This document shows, piece after piece, positions 42,001-53,649 of a DNA stretch of 64,000 nucleotides (the stretch's first letter is position 1; each line of letters opens with the position of its first letter). The stretch lies in the NCBI GenBank assembly GCA_905178155.1, contig CAJINV010000004.1:5062619-5126618 (forward strand), given 5' to 3'. Below the pieces are notes generated by a model. It saw only the letters and a list, made by a program, of their open reading frames with translations. It had not been told where the DNA came from and made no database searches. The DNA is from Amoebophrya sp. A120 (Eukaryota; Protista; Dinoflagellata). The position numbers were made by a program, and so were the translations under genes.

Positions 42001-45000
42001 TGCGGTGATCAACTTCCATTCCGAAAAACAGCAAGGCCCGCTTCAAGTTGGTATTCACCTCAACTTCGTAAACATTTCTGTTAAAGCCGGCGAGCATAGC
42101 GAACAAATCCGTTGATATTTTGCGAACAGACGCTGTCAGTTGAGTGCGGAGCTGTTGCTTTTTTTCATCAATTACAATTTTAATATTATCCTTATTCTTC
42201 ATCAGTAGGTCTGCGGCGATCTTCAGCTTCTGATGTGCTTCAGGTACATCAACCAGTTTCTTCGCCACCGGAGACAGCATGCGTTATCAAATGCAAATAT
42301 GTCTGGGTCTGGAAATTTGTGATGCTAAAATGTGCAGCATGACCACGAAAACGCTCTCTCATGCAGGAGAGCATGACAACGAGTTTGCAGAACGTGAACG
42401 CTTCGTCATACGCGCTCCGCATGAGAAACTGCATCTTTGTATGACAAGGAAGGCTGCGACTTCTTTTGTGGGTCATGCAATACAGATCCCACAGGAATGC
42501 AAGACCAGCATTGCAACTTCCAACATTTTTCCAGACCCAGATATATTTGCAATGCATATGCGTTGCCGCAATACAAAACTGAGGTACGACAGCTGTTCCG
42601 ATGGATCTACTTCGGGGATCAAGTTGGTTCTACTTGCAGCGGGCACCGCGTTGTAAAAGCCTTGCTTCCCTCCGTCATCTACTTGGTCGACCTGTAGAAG
42701 TTCTTCGGGAAGAAGCACAGCCGCTTGCTCAGCGATCTCCCGCGCGAGTACTCGTCTCATTTGCTGAAACTCCAAGCGCTGTGCGCTCGCAATCGCAGGC
42801 ACCGTGCTCCCGTACAGATCATCGCGGCCTAAAAACACTTCAGCACGAGTTCCAAGAAACAGATGCACGCATTGAGACACGTACCGCGCGCTCGCTAAGG
42901 AGAGGTGGTAGTTCTTGCCGTGTTTATTTCTGCCTGCAGGCTTTCTCTCGTCCCCAGCAGGACCGGCACCTTTGTTCGCTCCTGCTCCGGCCGATTGCAT
43001 CGCCCCGCCCTGGATCTGCACGCTGATCATCCAGAACGAATCTAGAACCGCTTGGCGATTAGCCGCATCAAGTCGCTCCGCGATGCTTCGCAGCATGGCA
43101 CGCCGGCCTTTTGGCTGCTGGTGGTATACCATCTGAGGCGATTTTGCGTTTTCGATTTCGTGCCCAAAATCTTGCTCATGGTCCCTGCTACTTTTCTGGT
43201 GAAAACTCCTGCTGGACAAAAAAGCGGCCTGTTCTTTCACCAACATCTCCTGTTCCCAGTCGTAGTATCGCACTGCAGCGTCATTGTCTTCCCGGTACTC
43301 ATTTTCCTTCGTTGCAGCGTTCTTGACTTGTTTCTTCGGCAGCTTGAGCGCCGAGAAAAGCAGCGGCGGCTTCCGGCTGTTCATTCTGCTGATGCCCGAG
43401 GCTGCACCTCCCTGGGTGGTCGTAGTTGCCGCAATATCTTCCAACAAATCTGTTCCTGTCGCCAACGACCTGATGCCGCCGCCGTCTTCCACCCGCTGGC
43501 CCGCAACCTCGAAAGAACCGCCGCGGAAGACGCTGCCAAACAGCGACTGAGCGAACTCGCGATTGCCCGCCGCGCTGCCAACCCGCAGCACAAAACTTTG
43601 CAACAGCGCGTTGCGCGCCACCGGACCTAGTATGTCTTGCCCGTACAAGTCTTCAGAGAAGCCACCTAAAGAGACGGACGCAAAATCGGGACGAGATTGC
43701 AACAGGTCACGGTGGCGGTGCTGCGACGCGGCTTTTTGCCCCATGAACTCTTCGAAACCAGAGGTAGCACCTCCTGATGCCCCACCAGTGGCAACTACAC
43801 TTTGGGAGAGCTGCGCCAACTTCCGCTCCCGTGCTTCCTGGATTTCGTAGACTTTTTCCTTGATTTTCCGATAAAGTTTATTATGCATCGCGTTGACCAA
43901 TTCCTGATCACCTCGCCTTTGTGCAGGCCGCCTTGTTCGCGAATGCTTCTCATGCGGCCCACCCCCGGGAGGCGCGTTCATTGGAATACTAGTACTACCA
44001 CCCTGACCCCCAATACCCGGCGCGGGCTGAAGGGGCGCGCCACCAGAAGTCGGCTGCCCCCCACGACTCGCTCCTGCGTTGCTCAGGTTCTTCGCATCAG
44101 ATGCACTGCTGGTCCGACCGAAAACCAAGAGCTTCAGCAGGGTCGGGAAGAAATACTGTCTCGGCAAGCCGACTGCGACTCGTCCCGCAGTGTTTTCTAC
44201 TTCCGCATGACGAGAAGCAGTCATTTTCTTTTTCCTCGATGTCGAAAGGCTCTCATCCATGGGATTGGAATTAGACTGCCGTTCTTCCTCCAGCTCTTCT
44301 ATCAGCAGCAAATGTTCTTCGAGTTCTTCGATCGGAGCTTGCAACCCCTGCGACATCTGCAAGTTCAACCGCAAGATAGCTGTGATTTCACTGCCCACCT
44401 GCGCTCCGGACGAAAGGACTTCGAGGAACAGAGCAAGGTTGCGCTTTTTCTGCTCGGAGCGAACCCGGCTTTCCTGATCTCCTTGCGACGCAGAATTATC
44501 CTCCCCACTCATCCGGCTTGAAACGTCATCTCCGAGTACGCTGTCTTCCTCAGCTGAGGAATCGTCGACGGCCATATCAGCCGTGTCACCTGGATCCTCT
44601 TGCTCACGACCAGCAGCGGCACCGGCGTCGGAGGACTCTGCTTGATCCACATCCATCGCATTCGTGTCCTGTTCCTGCCCCGCCAACTCATCTTCATCTT
44701 CTTCGCTACCAGATAAATCACCTGAGGCGAAGGTTCCACCTCGACTGCTGTCATTCTCGCTTTTGATGTCTTCCTCCGTGAGAAGCTCCTTCTCGAGCTC
44801 CTGAAACGGCTTCCCCGAGTAGTTTTTGTGCATAAGCAGCGCCAGCCGGGCCACTACCTCGCTCTGCAGCTCCACCAGCTCGCGCACGACTTCCGGATCC
44901 AGGCGGAGGATTTGTGATGGTGAAGTTGTACTACCTCTGGGTGGAGTAGTACTTCTATTTGTACTCGCTTTAGCACTGCTTTCTTTGTCCTCCGTCGCGG

Positions 45001-48000
45001 CTTGCACGTAGGATCCCAGCATGAACTCCCGCAAAATCCGCAACAGAGCGAGAATCCGGCGGACCGCGCGCACCGAAACCCGGGCCCGCACCTCAACTTG
45101 CTCCTCGGAAGCGGCAATCACTTTCGCCTCGCTCAGTTTCTTGGCCAGTTGCGTCAACTCGGATCGCAGGTGTGGAACAAGATGCTTGTGAAGCACGGCG
45201 AAGAGCGTGTCAAAACAAGACTCGCGACGAGCCCGGAAATAGTTCATCTGCTCCTGCTGTGCGTTGTGAACATTTATTTTCGGATCTATCTTTTCTTGCC
45301 CAAGACAAGTCCGAAAGTATTGCAGCGCGTTATCCTGCTGGGCACCGAGGTGTAAGAAACGTACTGAGTCTGCTCCTGCAGCATGGAAGTCGTCCTCTCC
45401 GGAGGCACCATCCTCAGCATGATGATCGCCTGCTCTCTTCCCTTCTTGGCGCAAAGCCGTTTCTGCGGTCGTGCTGATCTTGAATTTCGCCAGCCGGTCT
45501 TCTTCGTAAAGCATCAGAAGTTCCGTGTCTCTCGCTGCCTGTTCCGCGTTTTGGAAGAAGGATAGGAGCAAGTCCACAAATTCTCCAACGACAAAACTAG
45601 GACTGTTCTCTTCCTCGCTTGCAAACTTACGCTTCGCGTCCAACGCCAAACGCGTTTTTTCCTCCTCTGGCAGCGCGGCAGTGGCAATAGGGTCAACATC
45701 TTCCTCTACTTTTGATGTTCCAGAATTTCCAAATTCGGTGTGGTGTGCCAGCGGCACGAGTTTCTGTAAGGCGAAAAGCGTAGTGTCTAGCTCGGTGTAC
45801 TTGCTGTCCCCCGCGCGGCCAGATTGTAATAAAACCAGCTTTGCGGGGTCCTCATCTTTGAGAACGTGCAGGACGAGCAAAACAAGATCTCGAAGTGCAG
45901 GCGTGAACGGCGGGTTTGGAGGCAGCTTCTGTGAAGCGGTTGCTGAGGCCATGCTGCCCGTTCCTGTCGGATGATCCAGCGGAAGGTGAGCAGTCGACCC
46001 AGAGGAAAGAGTTGTACCAGCTTGATGTTGATGTTGTGCCGCTGCTGCTAAATCTAAATCATGGCCAGGTGAAGATGTTGATCCACCGGTCTCTTGAAGA
46101 TGACTACCCCTGGAGGCGCCTATGGATTGCAAAAGTGTCTGGGTCTGGAAGGTCACAACTTGTGATGCTGTCTGTGATTCGAAAAACATTTGTATTGCAT
46201 GACCAGCAAGAGGGGTCGGGTTTGTCCTACGTGGAGATGGCATTTCTCATGCGGTAGAGAGAGTATCACAAAGCCCTCGAAAAATCTGTGATGCTACGAC
46301 ATGCATGACAGACATCATGGCTCATGGAAAATATGCATGACAAATCTAGAAATATTCCAGACCCAGACATTTTTGCGTTAGATAGCGCCAGGAGGAAAAC
46401 TACTTCCAGCTGTACTTTTACCAGAGATGGACATCAACTGACTGATGTAATCGGAGTAGTGCCTGTCGGCGTCAAAAAGCAAGAATCGCGAGGACGTCTG
46501 GGCTTCCGTTAGGGTCCTCACTTGAACGCCCTCTTTATCTTTTCCGCCGGGTGGAGCTCCGTCGTCTACATCTCCGAAAGCAGCCGCTTCCCCTGCACCT
46601 GCTGCAGCTGTCAACAACTTGTTGGGCAACGGCAGCGTAGCAAACTTCAGAAGGTCTCCACCTCGGTCCGCGAACTTTGGCTCCGCGGCTTCCAGGGCGG
46701 ATTTTTCGGCGTCTGTGGCAGGAGTTGGATTGTACACGTAGTCGTTCAGCAGTGCTGCCTTTTGGTCTTCGATCTCCAGCGACAACACGTTACGCTGGTG
46801 TAACAGCGAGTATCTGCTGACATCCAGCGGACGGTAGTGCCCGATCGTGGAGATTTGCTTTTTTTTCCCATGTTGTCCATGGTCGTCAAGAGCGTGTTCC
46901 CGCTGCGACAGCTGCGCTGTGGAAAAATCGTCGTCAAAGTGCTGATCCGAGGGACCGGCTAAACCGGGAAAGGCCAAGTTGCGCAAAAGCTTTGCCAGCA
47001 ACAAAAAGTCGCCCATTTGATACATCGTGGTCTCCTTGTCTCTCGTGATTGACTGTGGTTGATCAACCTCTTCTCGCACGCCCTCCTTGCGGCCCGGTGT
47101 GGGGGGCACGACTGGTGTGAACAGGCTGCTGGACGTGCGTCGTACCACATCATCAGACTGAGTCTGATGTTTGCCGCCAGCTCCTTCTGATTCATCGTCT
47201 TCGACTAATGCGACTACACTGCTTCTGTACAGCTTTTCCGCCGCTGCTTCGCGCAGAACCAGCGCTACATCCACTACCAGCTTGACACGAACGTGCGCTG
47301 GGATGACGGTCGGACCATTCCCGTAGGCGCTGAGACGGTCCTCGGTCATCTGCGGGATCTTTTCCAAAAAGGCTTCGTACCGTTCTTCTTGCATAAAATT
47401 CTGACTGAATTCGTGAACCTCGGCAAAATTTTCGTACATGTGCCTTCCCCACTGGAGCGCGCGAAGCGGTAAGGTGCGTTCCTGAATAGTAGTACTTGCC
47501 GATACAACAGATGGTGAAACGAGCGGGCCGAGAAGACCGTCGGAAAGAAGTTGTCGCCTGGAAGACGTCGAAGATTTGGGATCACCAGCACGCTGCCACG
47601 TCGGTCGTTCCGTGACGAGCTGCTTCACAATCTGGTACGCCAAAAGTAGTGCGCGGCGCTTCACTTCGACAGGAACAGGCGGACCGCGACGGGAAAGTAC
47701 AGCTTTTGATGCACCTGTGCTCTTAGCTTCTCCTTGCGCTCGGCTTCCTTGTCTCTGAAGCTCGAATGAGCGGTCTGTAAGCGTTTGCATCAACGACCCC
47801 AGAATCACCTTCCACAGCATGCCGGCGCGGCGGCCCAGGGGCGCATACGGATTCAGGATATTTTTAAACATGGATATTCCACGATCTTCTCCAGGTACTA
47901 GTAGTTGTGCTGCACCACTTTTATGCTTGTCCTGAGGTACTTGCTGTCGTCCTCCACCCCGCTCCTCCAACTGCAGCAATGCGCCCAAAAGCATCGCCAG

Positions 48001-48995
48001 CGGATGCGGACCGTCGTACTGGTGCGTTTTCGACAAATCTGCCCAGCACTTGTCCTCCGCGGTCCGGACACTCGATTTCACGACGTTGCGAAGCCGCTGC
48101 AACCTCGTTTCGTGCAACTTGACAACGGCAGAAGTAGGGTATGAGTTGCAAAAGCAGTGGGTAATTGTCGTACTTTTTTAATTCTTGATCCGTACGTTTA
48201 CTCTTGTTTGGTCCTCAAGAAGAACGTAGTATCTACAACTTGGTACATCAACTCTCCTCATTTTTTGGCATGGCAAATATGCTAATGCTATCGCGCTTGC
48301 ACTGCAAATAAGTAAACCATGCAAATCCATAGACAATCAATGTACAGCTGCTGTATCTGTACCACGACTGCGCTATAAACTTTTTCCCCGAAACATACGT
48401 ACTGCGCGTCCTCGATCTCAAACAAGGCTTCCCAGAACGCGGCATTCTCCGGGAAGGAGCTCCGGACGAGTGGGTCGTCTCGTCCCCCTGTACCTGCTTC
48501 TTCGCCGCGACTACTAGTGCGATGTTGTTTTCTCTGTCGCAGCTCCCAATCATGTACTAGCGGCTCCCCTTTCAGCGGCGCAAGGAAGGAGGAGATCCGT
48601 TGCTCAACCCGCTCGACGAGGGGCGCGAGGCCCTTCCACTTCGAGCCTTCCTTATAAATGTGATCGAGTGTCGGACAGATTTCGTCTTGTCCTTCTTCCC
48701 CCGGACTTGTAGAAGTTCCTTGCGGGGGGGGCGGTCGCACGTCCGAGCGGGCGGTGAACTTTTTCAAGGCATGGCTGCCAGTGAACACGGCGTTCTCATC
48801 TTTAGCCGAGCTTGCAGCTCCTGTACTTGCGACAGCGCGGTGGGAGCTGCTGCCAGCAGAAGTACTGCCTTGGGCCGCAAAAGCTTCGTAAGGAGCACAC
48901 AGCAGCGCGGCAGCTGCCACGGCAAGTGCTACGGCCGTGAAGCTGCATCCCTTCTTGAGTGGCAGCATCATGCTGCTCCGAGTGTTTTTTGCCAT
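1..48995 (-). CDS. Giant multi-exon hypothetical protein (at least ~15,000 aa, 3'-incomplete), probable N-terminal signal peptide
   Basis: Approximate exons in transcription order: 48995-48333 (link tentative), 48138-46386, 46119-42560, 42283-33975, 33700-31623, 31510-30246, 30108-29995, 29619-28256, 28038-25100, 24844-24754, 23687-22006, 21753-788, 476-1. Every TIR/TSD element removal rejoins neighbouring ORFs in frame (PPGA|SRGS, LRQR|MLSP, SKNL|PYGT, RRPT|ERVA, AENV|KTEK, DDAF|GIES, EERQ|REED, NLPT|RSKQ, NDIR|QAEE, HWTS|SAEL). 476-1 is open to the window edge. Exon 1 begins MAKNTRSSMMLPLKKGCSFTAVALAVAAAALLCAPYEAFA. No domain confidently recognised. Confidence 0.85.
478..786. mobile_element. 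Introner, family E (309 bp); intron 477-787 is GT-AG on the minus strand
   Basis: 56-bp TIR with 5 mismatches (478-533 vs 731-786), TAT...ATA ends, TSD cgctc/cactc. Homologous to 62610-62943 in the opposite orientation. Confidence 0.92.
21755..22004. mobile_element. Introner, singleton (250 bp), non-canonical intron
   Basis: ~45-bp TIR (atggcgttctcaa...aactgtta), ends AAT...ATA, perfect TSD tgccg (21750-54 and 22005-09). Removal joins the 611-aa and 7013-aa ORFs in frame; no GT-AG solution within the direct repeat. Confidence 0.9.
23629..24814. repeat. 57-60-bp direct repeat of coding sequence flanking the 1064-bp element
   Basis: 23629-23688 matches 24755-24814 with one synonymous mismatch (GCC/GCT); both copies encode LSAPVTPSSAIYSQTLDQS. 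Confidence 0.95.
23689..24752. mobile_element. Long introner-like element (1064 bp)
   Basis: ~55-bp TIR (tatgagatgtactacgcga...), TSD tagag (23684-88 and 24753-57), GCGATTCAA-type motif repeated in both TIRs and internally. Removal restores the frame. Confidence 0.88.
24846..25098. mobile_element. Introner, family A (253 bp)
   Basis: TIR core tgcaaaaatgtctgggtctggaa, TSD gttgg, TAT...ATA ends, in-frame join NLPT|RSKQ. Confidence 0.92.
28040..28254. mobile_element. Introner, family B (215 bp)
   Basis: TIR tatcg..gaaaaaagt..gttaca, TSD ttgtc. Full-length homology to 52161-52373. Join EERQ|REED. Confidence 0.92.
29621..29993. mobile_element. Introner, family C (373 bp including a 222-bp nested insertion)
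   Basis: TSD cgaaa, TAT...ATA ends. Colinear with 58934-59082 once the nested insert is removed (151 vs 149 bp). Confidence 0.9.
29667..29881 (-). mobile_element. Probable 5'-truncated non-LTR retroposon/SINE 3' end with (ATG)n tail, nested in an introner
   Basis: Flanked by direct repeat tctgcat (29660-66 and 29882-88). On the minus strand it ends ...gcgggtgtccactacATGATGATGATG; the same end occurs at 58772-58797. Confidence 0.7.
30110..30244. mobile_element. Introner, family D (135 bp); intron 30109-30245 is GT-AG on the minus strand
   Basis: TIR core tgcaaaagtatcg(c/t)actcgtat, TSD cgttc. Related to 63332-63532. Confidence 0.9.
31512..31621. mobile_element. Minimal introner, singleton (110 bp)
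   Basis: 28-bp TIR (tattccctggaaatcaaccatccccatc), TSD gtggg, two gcatgacaaa motifs. Join RRPT|ERVA. Confidence 0.92.
33702..33973. mobile_element. Introner, family A (272 bp)
   Basis: 30-bp TIR with 1 mismatch (tatgcattgcaaatatgtct(t/g)ggtctggaa), TSD gaggt. Join SKNL|PYGT. Confidence 0.93.
42285..42558. mobile_element. Introner, family A (274 bp), inverted relative to the 24846 copy
   Basis: TSD tgcgt. Left end tatcaaatgcaaatatgtctgggtctggaaatttgtgatgc is nearly the reverse complement of the right end of 24846-25098. Join LRQR|MLSP. Confidence 0.93.
46121..46384. mobile_element. Introner, family A (264 bp)
   Basis: TIR core tgtctgggtctggaa, TSD gcgcc, TAT...ATA ends. Join PPGA|SRGS. Confidence 0.92.
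48140..48331. other. Probable first intron of the giant gene (degenerate introner or ordinary intron)
   Basis: AT-rich gap between ORFs with weak TIR (tatgagttgca / tgcaaatccata) and no TSD. Removal plus 2 or 5 nt gives in-frame YIDC|PTSAVVKLHE. Alternative phase-0 GT donors with an acceptor at 48118 also preserve the frame. Confidence 0.5.
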
Positions 48996-51104
48996 ATTTT
49001 TATGGCGCGAGGATTATTTACTTTTTTTACGTTTAGATAGATGTTTGTTTTAGTTGATATTAGAAAACATATTTTAGTTGATAAAAAACATAGATAAATT
49101 TTTTTGGTGTAATATTTGTGCGGTATGGCCGCTAGATTGATTTTAGTGAAAAACGATCGTAAAAAACTGTCAGTTAGATTTTTTTGCGTATGTATCGATA
49201 TGTTTATCTCGTCCGAGGGGCGCACTCGAAAAAGTACAAAATGATTTATGATATTATGGTCGGAATACTATGGCGCGTAGAACCCAACCTGTACTGACTT
49301 TTGTTCAAGATTGAACTAGAACTATGCGATGAAAATAAAAGCTGTATCATGTGCGTCGTCGTGCACGTGCTAAGATATCGTACAAATGAAATGTTACCGA
49401 ATAACCACCTCTACGCGCGCGAGAGGGTATGCCACGATTGAGTGATTTGGCTATCAAACACAATAAACATGTAGTTCTTGATGTTTTTGTTTAAAGCTTT
49501 ATAGACTGCCGCTTCTTCGGCGACGCCAGTTTGTGTATTTACAGAAGCGCAAAAACAGAGTTAGTTCAGCGTTTCTATCACAGTAAAGAAGTAAGGTCGG
49601 CGTTAAGTAGGCGACTAGTCCCGTCAGCACTCTCGAGCACTGCGCGAGCGGTCCTCAAGCCGAGGGGTTGACGAAAGTGGTGTGTTGAAAAATGGAATTT
49701 GATGTTCAGGCCCGCTTCACAGGCACAGGGAGTTGTAATCGTGTTGAAGGTGGTATCTACTTCTATCTCTAGGTTGTTAGTTCGAGAGCTATGCGACAAC
49801 TATGTATGCTGTCCGGCTCCGAAGTGTTTGTTCTTTCTAGAACTTCTACGCGTATTTACAAAGAAAACAAAGTTTTTTTGATGTACTACTAGTTGCCGTA
49901 TTTACTTGACAATAGCTTGACAATTATGACAAACTCCAGTGGAGATGATGAAAATTTTCGGAAGATGACTTTACAGAAATCGTTCCTAGCGTTTCAGAAT
50001 GAATCCTGGTTGCGGTTTTTTTTTTCACCATGACATCACTCAGAAATTTCTCCAGCGGATAAAAAAATACGTACTAGCCGCTTACGTTGATGTGCCTACC
50101 GCTGGTACATAGTAGGTACCAGTGTTTCGAGCCCCAACATTCTCATCGAAAAATACATAGATGTGGGGAGTGTTTACTCATCATGGCAACAACTATCCAA
50201 GAATAAGAATTCTTTGCCAATTGTCTTTAGATAGAACGCGTATAGCGCACGACATACTAGCTTCTGTCGCTATTTCATCAACATCATCTGTTCTCGACGA
50301 CATAAAATTCAGCACTTTTATGTTGCAACGACCGGGATACATATAGCAGCATCTTCAGGTGAAATCATGCGCCACCACAGTCTCACATGATTGACTTCAC
50401 GAAATGAGTAGATGTAGATCTGTCCGGTGCTTCAGCTTCCAGCTTCGCGCACATATTCCACTACTTGTTTCCCTGAACGACATCGACATCGAGAGAACAA
50501 GACCAGAAGAATACTGTTTGATCAAGAACAAGATCATCTCATCTGTCTCTTGTTCATAGGATAGCAGTAGATCCACATCCTCATTCACTTTGCGATTGCA
50601 CTAGCACTACCCTAGAAACTACAGCAACACCTAGCAGAAGCAGATCTTCGACCTGAATCCAGATCTACTTGCTCTCCCGAGGGTACCTATATGGTGAAGA
50701 TCTCAACAAAACTACAAAGCCACCACCTCCTCTGCGACATCTGAGGTCTTGGTCTAGATCTACTTTGCTTGACGCGACCACTGTGATCATCTTCGTCCTC
50801 TCTCCAGGATCTAAACAACTCAACAAGATCCTTTTTTTCCGATGAGAAAGCGCAGATGAACAAGAGGAGATACATCAACACAAAGCCACCCGTAGGCTGC
50901 ATCGCGCTCGTTCACGAAGACAGCAAGAGCACCCCTATTGTTGGGTGATGATATCAATCGGCTTTTCAATGTATGTCCAACTCCATCAGACTAGTGTACC
51001 TAAGTAAGTATGCCGTAGCAAACTTGAAGATTGTGCCTGATACAAGGATCAACTGCACGATTCTCGTTCTTTTTCCTTGCCTCAACCGTGTTTTTTCATA
51101 CAGC

Positions 51105-52744
51105 TCAAAGCAATTTTTCTTCGATATTTGCCAGTGTCTTTGCATATTGGTTGTTCATGGGTCTGTGGGCCGGATGCGCCGGCACTGGATCCCCGTCAGT
51201 GACGCGAACCTTTTTCCTCAACACCCCATTTCCATTTGATGACACTTGCTCGTTTGTGGAAACCACTTGCTCCACTGTTGGCGGAAAACTCGTTTGCAAA
51301 CTCAAGATTTCGATGTTGGAGCGGTTTAGTCGGTCAATCGTCCCGGAAGAGAGACGCTTGTATGGGTGGTTCCCGATGATGACAATTTGCTCGGCACCAT
51401 CCGAGTCCGATTCATCGTCTTCTGCTGGTTTTAATATACTATCAATTGTGGCCCTGGGATCCGTCGATGCTGTCGTTGACCCTTGCTCGACATGTTCCTT
51501 GTTATTTCGTTGTAGTAGCGGCGCTTGCAGTTGCGATAGATCGTATTTGGTAAAAACTGCGACCTCGCTGGTGTTTTTACCTTGGAGTTGATAGAAAACA
51601 TTGTCGCTCGGTCGCTCACTGGAACTCGGAAACTCCCGCGTCTCGAGGTTGATGATGTGCGGGCGATGATTCATGTTGCCCGCAGCTGAAACACTTATCA
51701 CTCTCGCCCCACCCCCGAGCGACCGGTGGGGCGACATTTTACTATTCGACGCAATGGCAATAGTAGTTGACTCGGCCGCTGCTCCTCCTGCTGTCAGAGC
51801 ATCGTTCTTGTTTTGATGGTCCTTTTGCTCCGCCGCGTTTTGATCCTTCAACCAGCTGTCGTGCAATAGCAGCAGAAATCCCAGCAAGGGCGCCACGATC
51901 GCGTTGCCAAAGGCCGGCGAGTTTTCGTTCCAGCGACAGTAGAGCAGGGCCAGACACGCGCCAACCACCATCCCCGACGTCATGAGAAACGCGACGACGC
52001 CCTTTTTCATCTCTTCCACGGTCGCAATTCCCAACACGGTTTTGCTCATGGTCACCCCCACGGCGACCACCTTACCCGTGCTGCCCCAGGGCAGCATTTG
52101 CATGACGCCCTTGAGGCATAACGTGTCTTCCGCACCGAAGACCCAGACGATCAGGAGTAATATCCCACGAAAAAAGTGTGACAGTTACACACTTGTTGGA
52201 GTTTCAGCATCACAGAGTTGCTCGACATGGCAAAGAAAAGACCTGTGATGCGCAGACTATAAGGGAAAACACCAATAAAACGAGGCTGGCAAGCATTTCC
52301 TGCATAACAGAGGTTGTCTGTATTGCTTGTCTTCCGTTAGAGTGTGTAACCGTAAAGGTTTTTTCTCACGATAAGTAGCAACCACACGTTGTCCTCGATG
52401 CCGATGTAGTACTCCAATAATTCCACGCTGACCAGCATGACAAACACAATCCCGCCCCAGTGCCGCCCGTCGAATTTGAAATAGTGCTGGGAGAGCTGGA
52501 AGAGGACCACGCCCAGCATGTAATCGAACAGAACTAAAACGAGAAACAACGGTGGGATCTTCGTCTCACTCTGCCACTTCGGATCGTCCGACCCGTAGGC
52601 GCCGAGCACCCGGCCCAGGTAAATCATGTTGCCCACCATCATGTTGGCGAAAACGCCGTATTTGGAAAGCGCAATCACGTCCACCCATGCCGTGGACATG
52701 GAGAATACGGTGAGGAAGAAGAGTTTCTGGTACTGGGACGGCAT
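51105..52744 (-). CDS. DUF1275 / YoaK-like multi-pass membrane protein (~473 aa, 2 exons)
   Basis: Exons ~52744-52375 and ~52159-51105, joined as NVWLLL|LIVWVFGAEDT. N-terminal STAWVDVIALSKYGVFANMMVGNMIYLG matches the DUF1275 pattern (VD....LG.F...MTGN...LG), recognised from memory. About 6 hydrophobic segments and a long polar C-terminal tail. Confidence 0.75.
52161..52373. mobile_element. Introner, family B (213 bp)
   Basis: Aligns end to end with 28040-28254; TSD agtaa/agtag; removal restores the frame. Confidence 0.92.
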
Positions 52745-53649
52745 TTTTTTGCTGGGTTGGAAAGGGGTACTTTTTAAGGTTAAGAGTTATAAGTACTTGT
52801 GTGGTAAAAATAAGGTCGCGGCTTTAATGCGGGCTGCCGCTCATGCAATAATGACGGTGGAGATAAATGTTTAATGATACACTCACAAGGAAGAAATACA
52901 CTTACAACAAAAACTTCACAATGGACTAAAGGAGGACCTGTGAGAAGATCACGTGGGGCAGGAATCAAACTCTATGTGAATAACCGATGTTGTACATTGA
53001 AGGCAGGCGTACACACAGGAGATACGACTGAATCAAATTACCGACCACGGCTCGTGAGAACACCTCATAGATACTGTTGCCACTGGACCGAGAAAACCTG
53101 ATCATACACATGCACCGATCATGCCGATGTTGTACTACCTAGAACCGAATTTATTCTCACGTCGACGATCCAAACTGTAGTGTACTTCACAGCTTTCTAT
53201 GTTTTTATTTTCTGCTACCTTGTATTATCATTTGCTGGATGGCGCCCGTCAGTGCTGGTGCTGCTTGTTTATCACACACAACCACTGCCGGGCGCTGATG
53301 TTTAAGGACTTGTTCTTCGGACGAAAACCCCCGAGCAATCGGCGACCTTGAAACATTGTCAGTGCTGCGAGTAGCCTTCGTCGCTTCACGTTCGGATGCG
53401 GCGCAATCCATTCACTTTTGAACATGTTTTTATTAGACTTTCATCAATACGACCGAAATCCATAAGAGCAGAACACCGGTGCCTCTGCGAGCTGCGCTCG
53501 CTGCTTTCATCTCTTTGTTTTCGTAGTCACCCTGGCCCACACTATGATATACGTAGGTATACCAAAATGAAATACCCAATCGCGGCCGCGAGCCTATCCA
53601 ATCGATGGCCGCCCCGTCTGGTCGTAGTCCTCCCAGTTTCATGATTTGG

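Noticed and set aside
24841-46389. CRISPR array or prokaryotic IS/REP interpretation of the recurring ccagacccagacat repeat
   Set aside because: Copies are dispersed inverted pairs with TSDs, not regularly spaced direct repeats; no cas or transposase genes are visible.
734-48117. Treating the 7013, 611, 982, 501, 460, 760, 2780, 1256 and 579 aa ORFs as separate genes
   Set aside because: Their stops and most of their starts lie inside or beside TIR elements (e.g. recurrent FQTQT, PDPDIFAMH and ICLGLE are family A TIR translations), and they join in frame.
36-48144. Numerous plus-strand and alternative-frame ORFs of 60-320 aa overlapping the giant gene
   Set aside because: Antisense or frame shadows of GC-rich coding sequence; no recognisable protein features.
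49040-49110. AT-rich imperfect tandem repeat (ttttagttgata...aaacata x2) upstream of the giant gene
   Set aside because: Low complexity; a promoter role is plausible but unsupported.
50397-50902. Short minus-strand ORFs (63 and 71 aa) downstream of the DUF1275-like gene
   Set aside because: Short, with no homology cues; probably UTR or intergenic.
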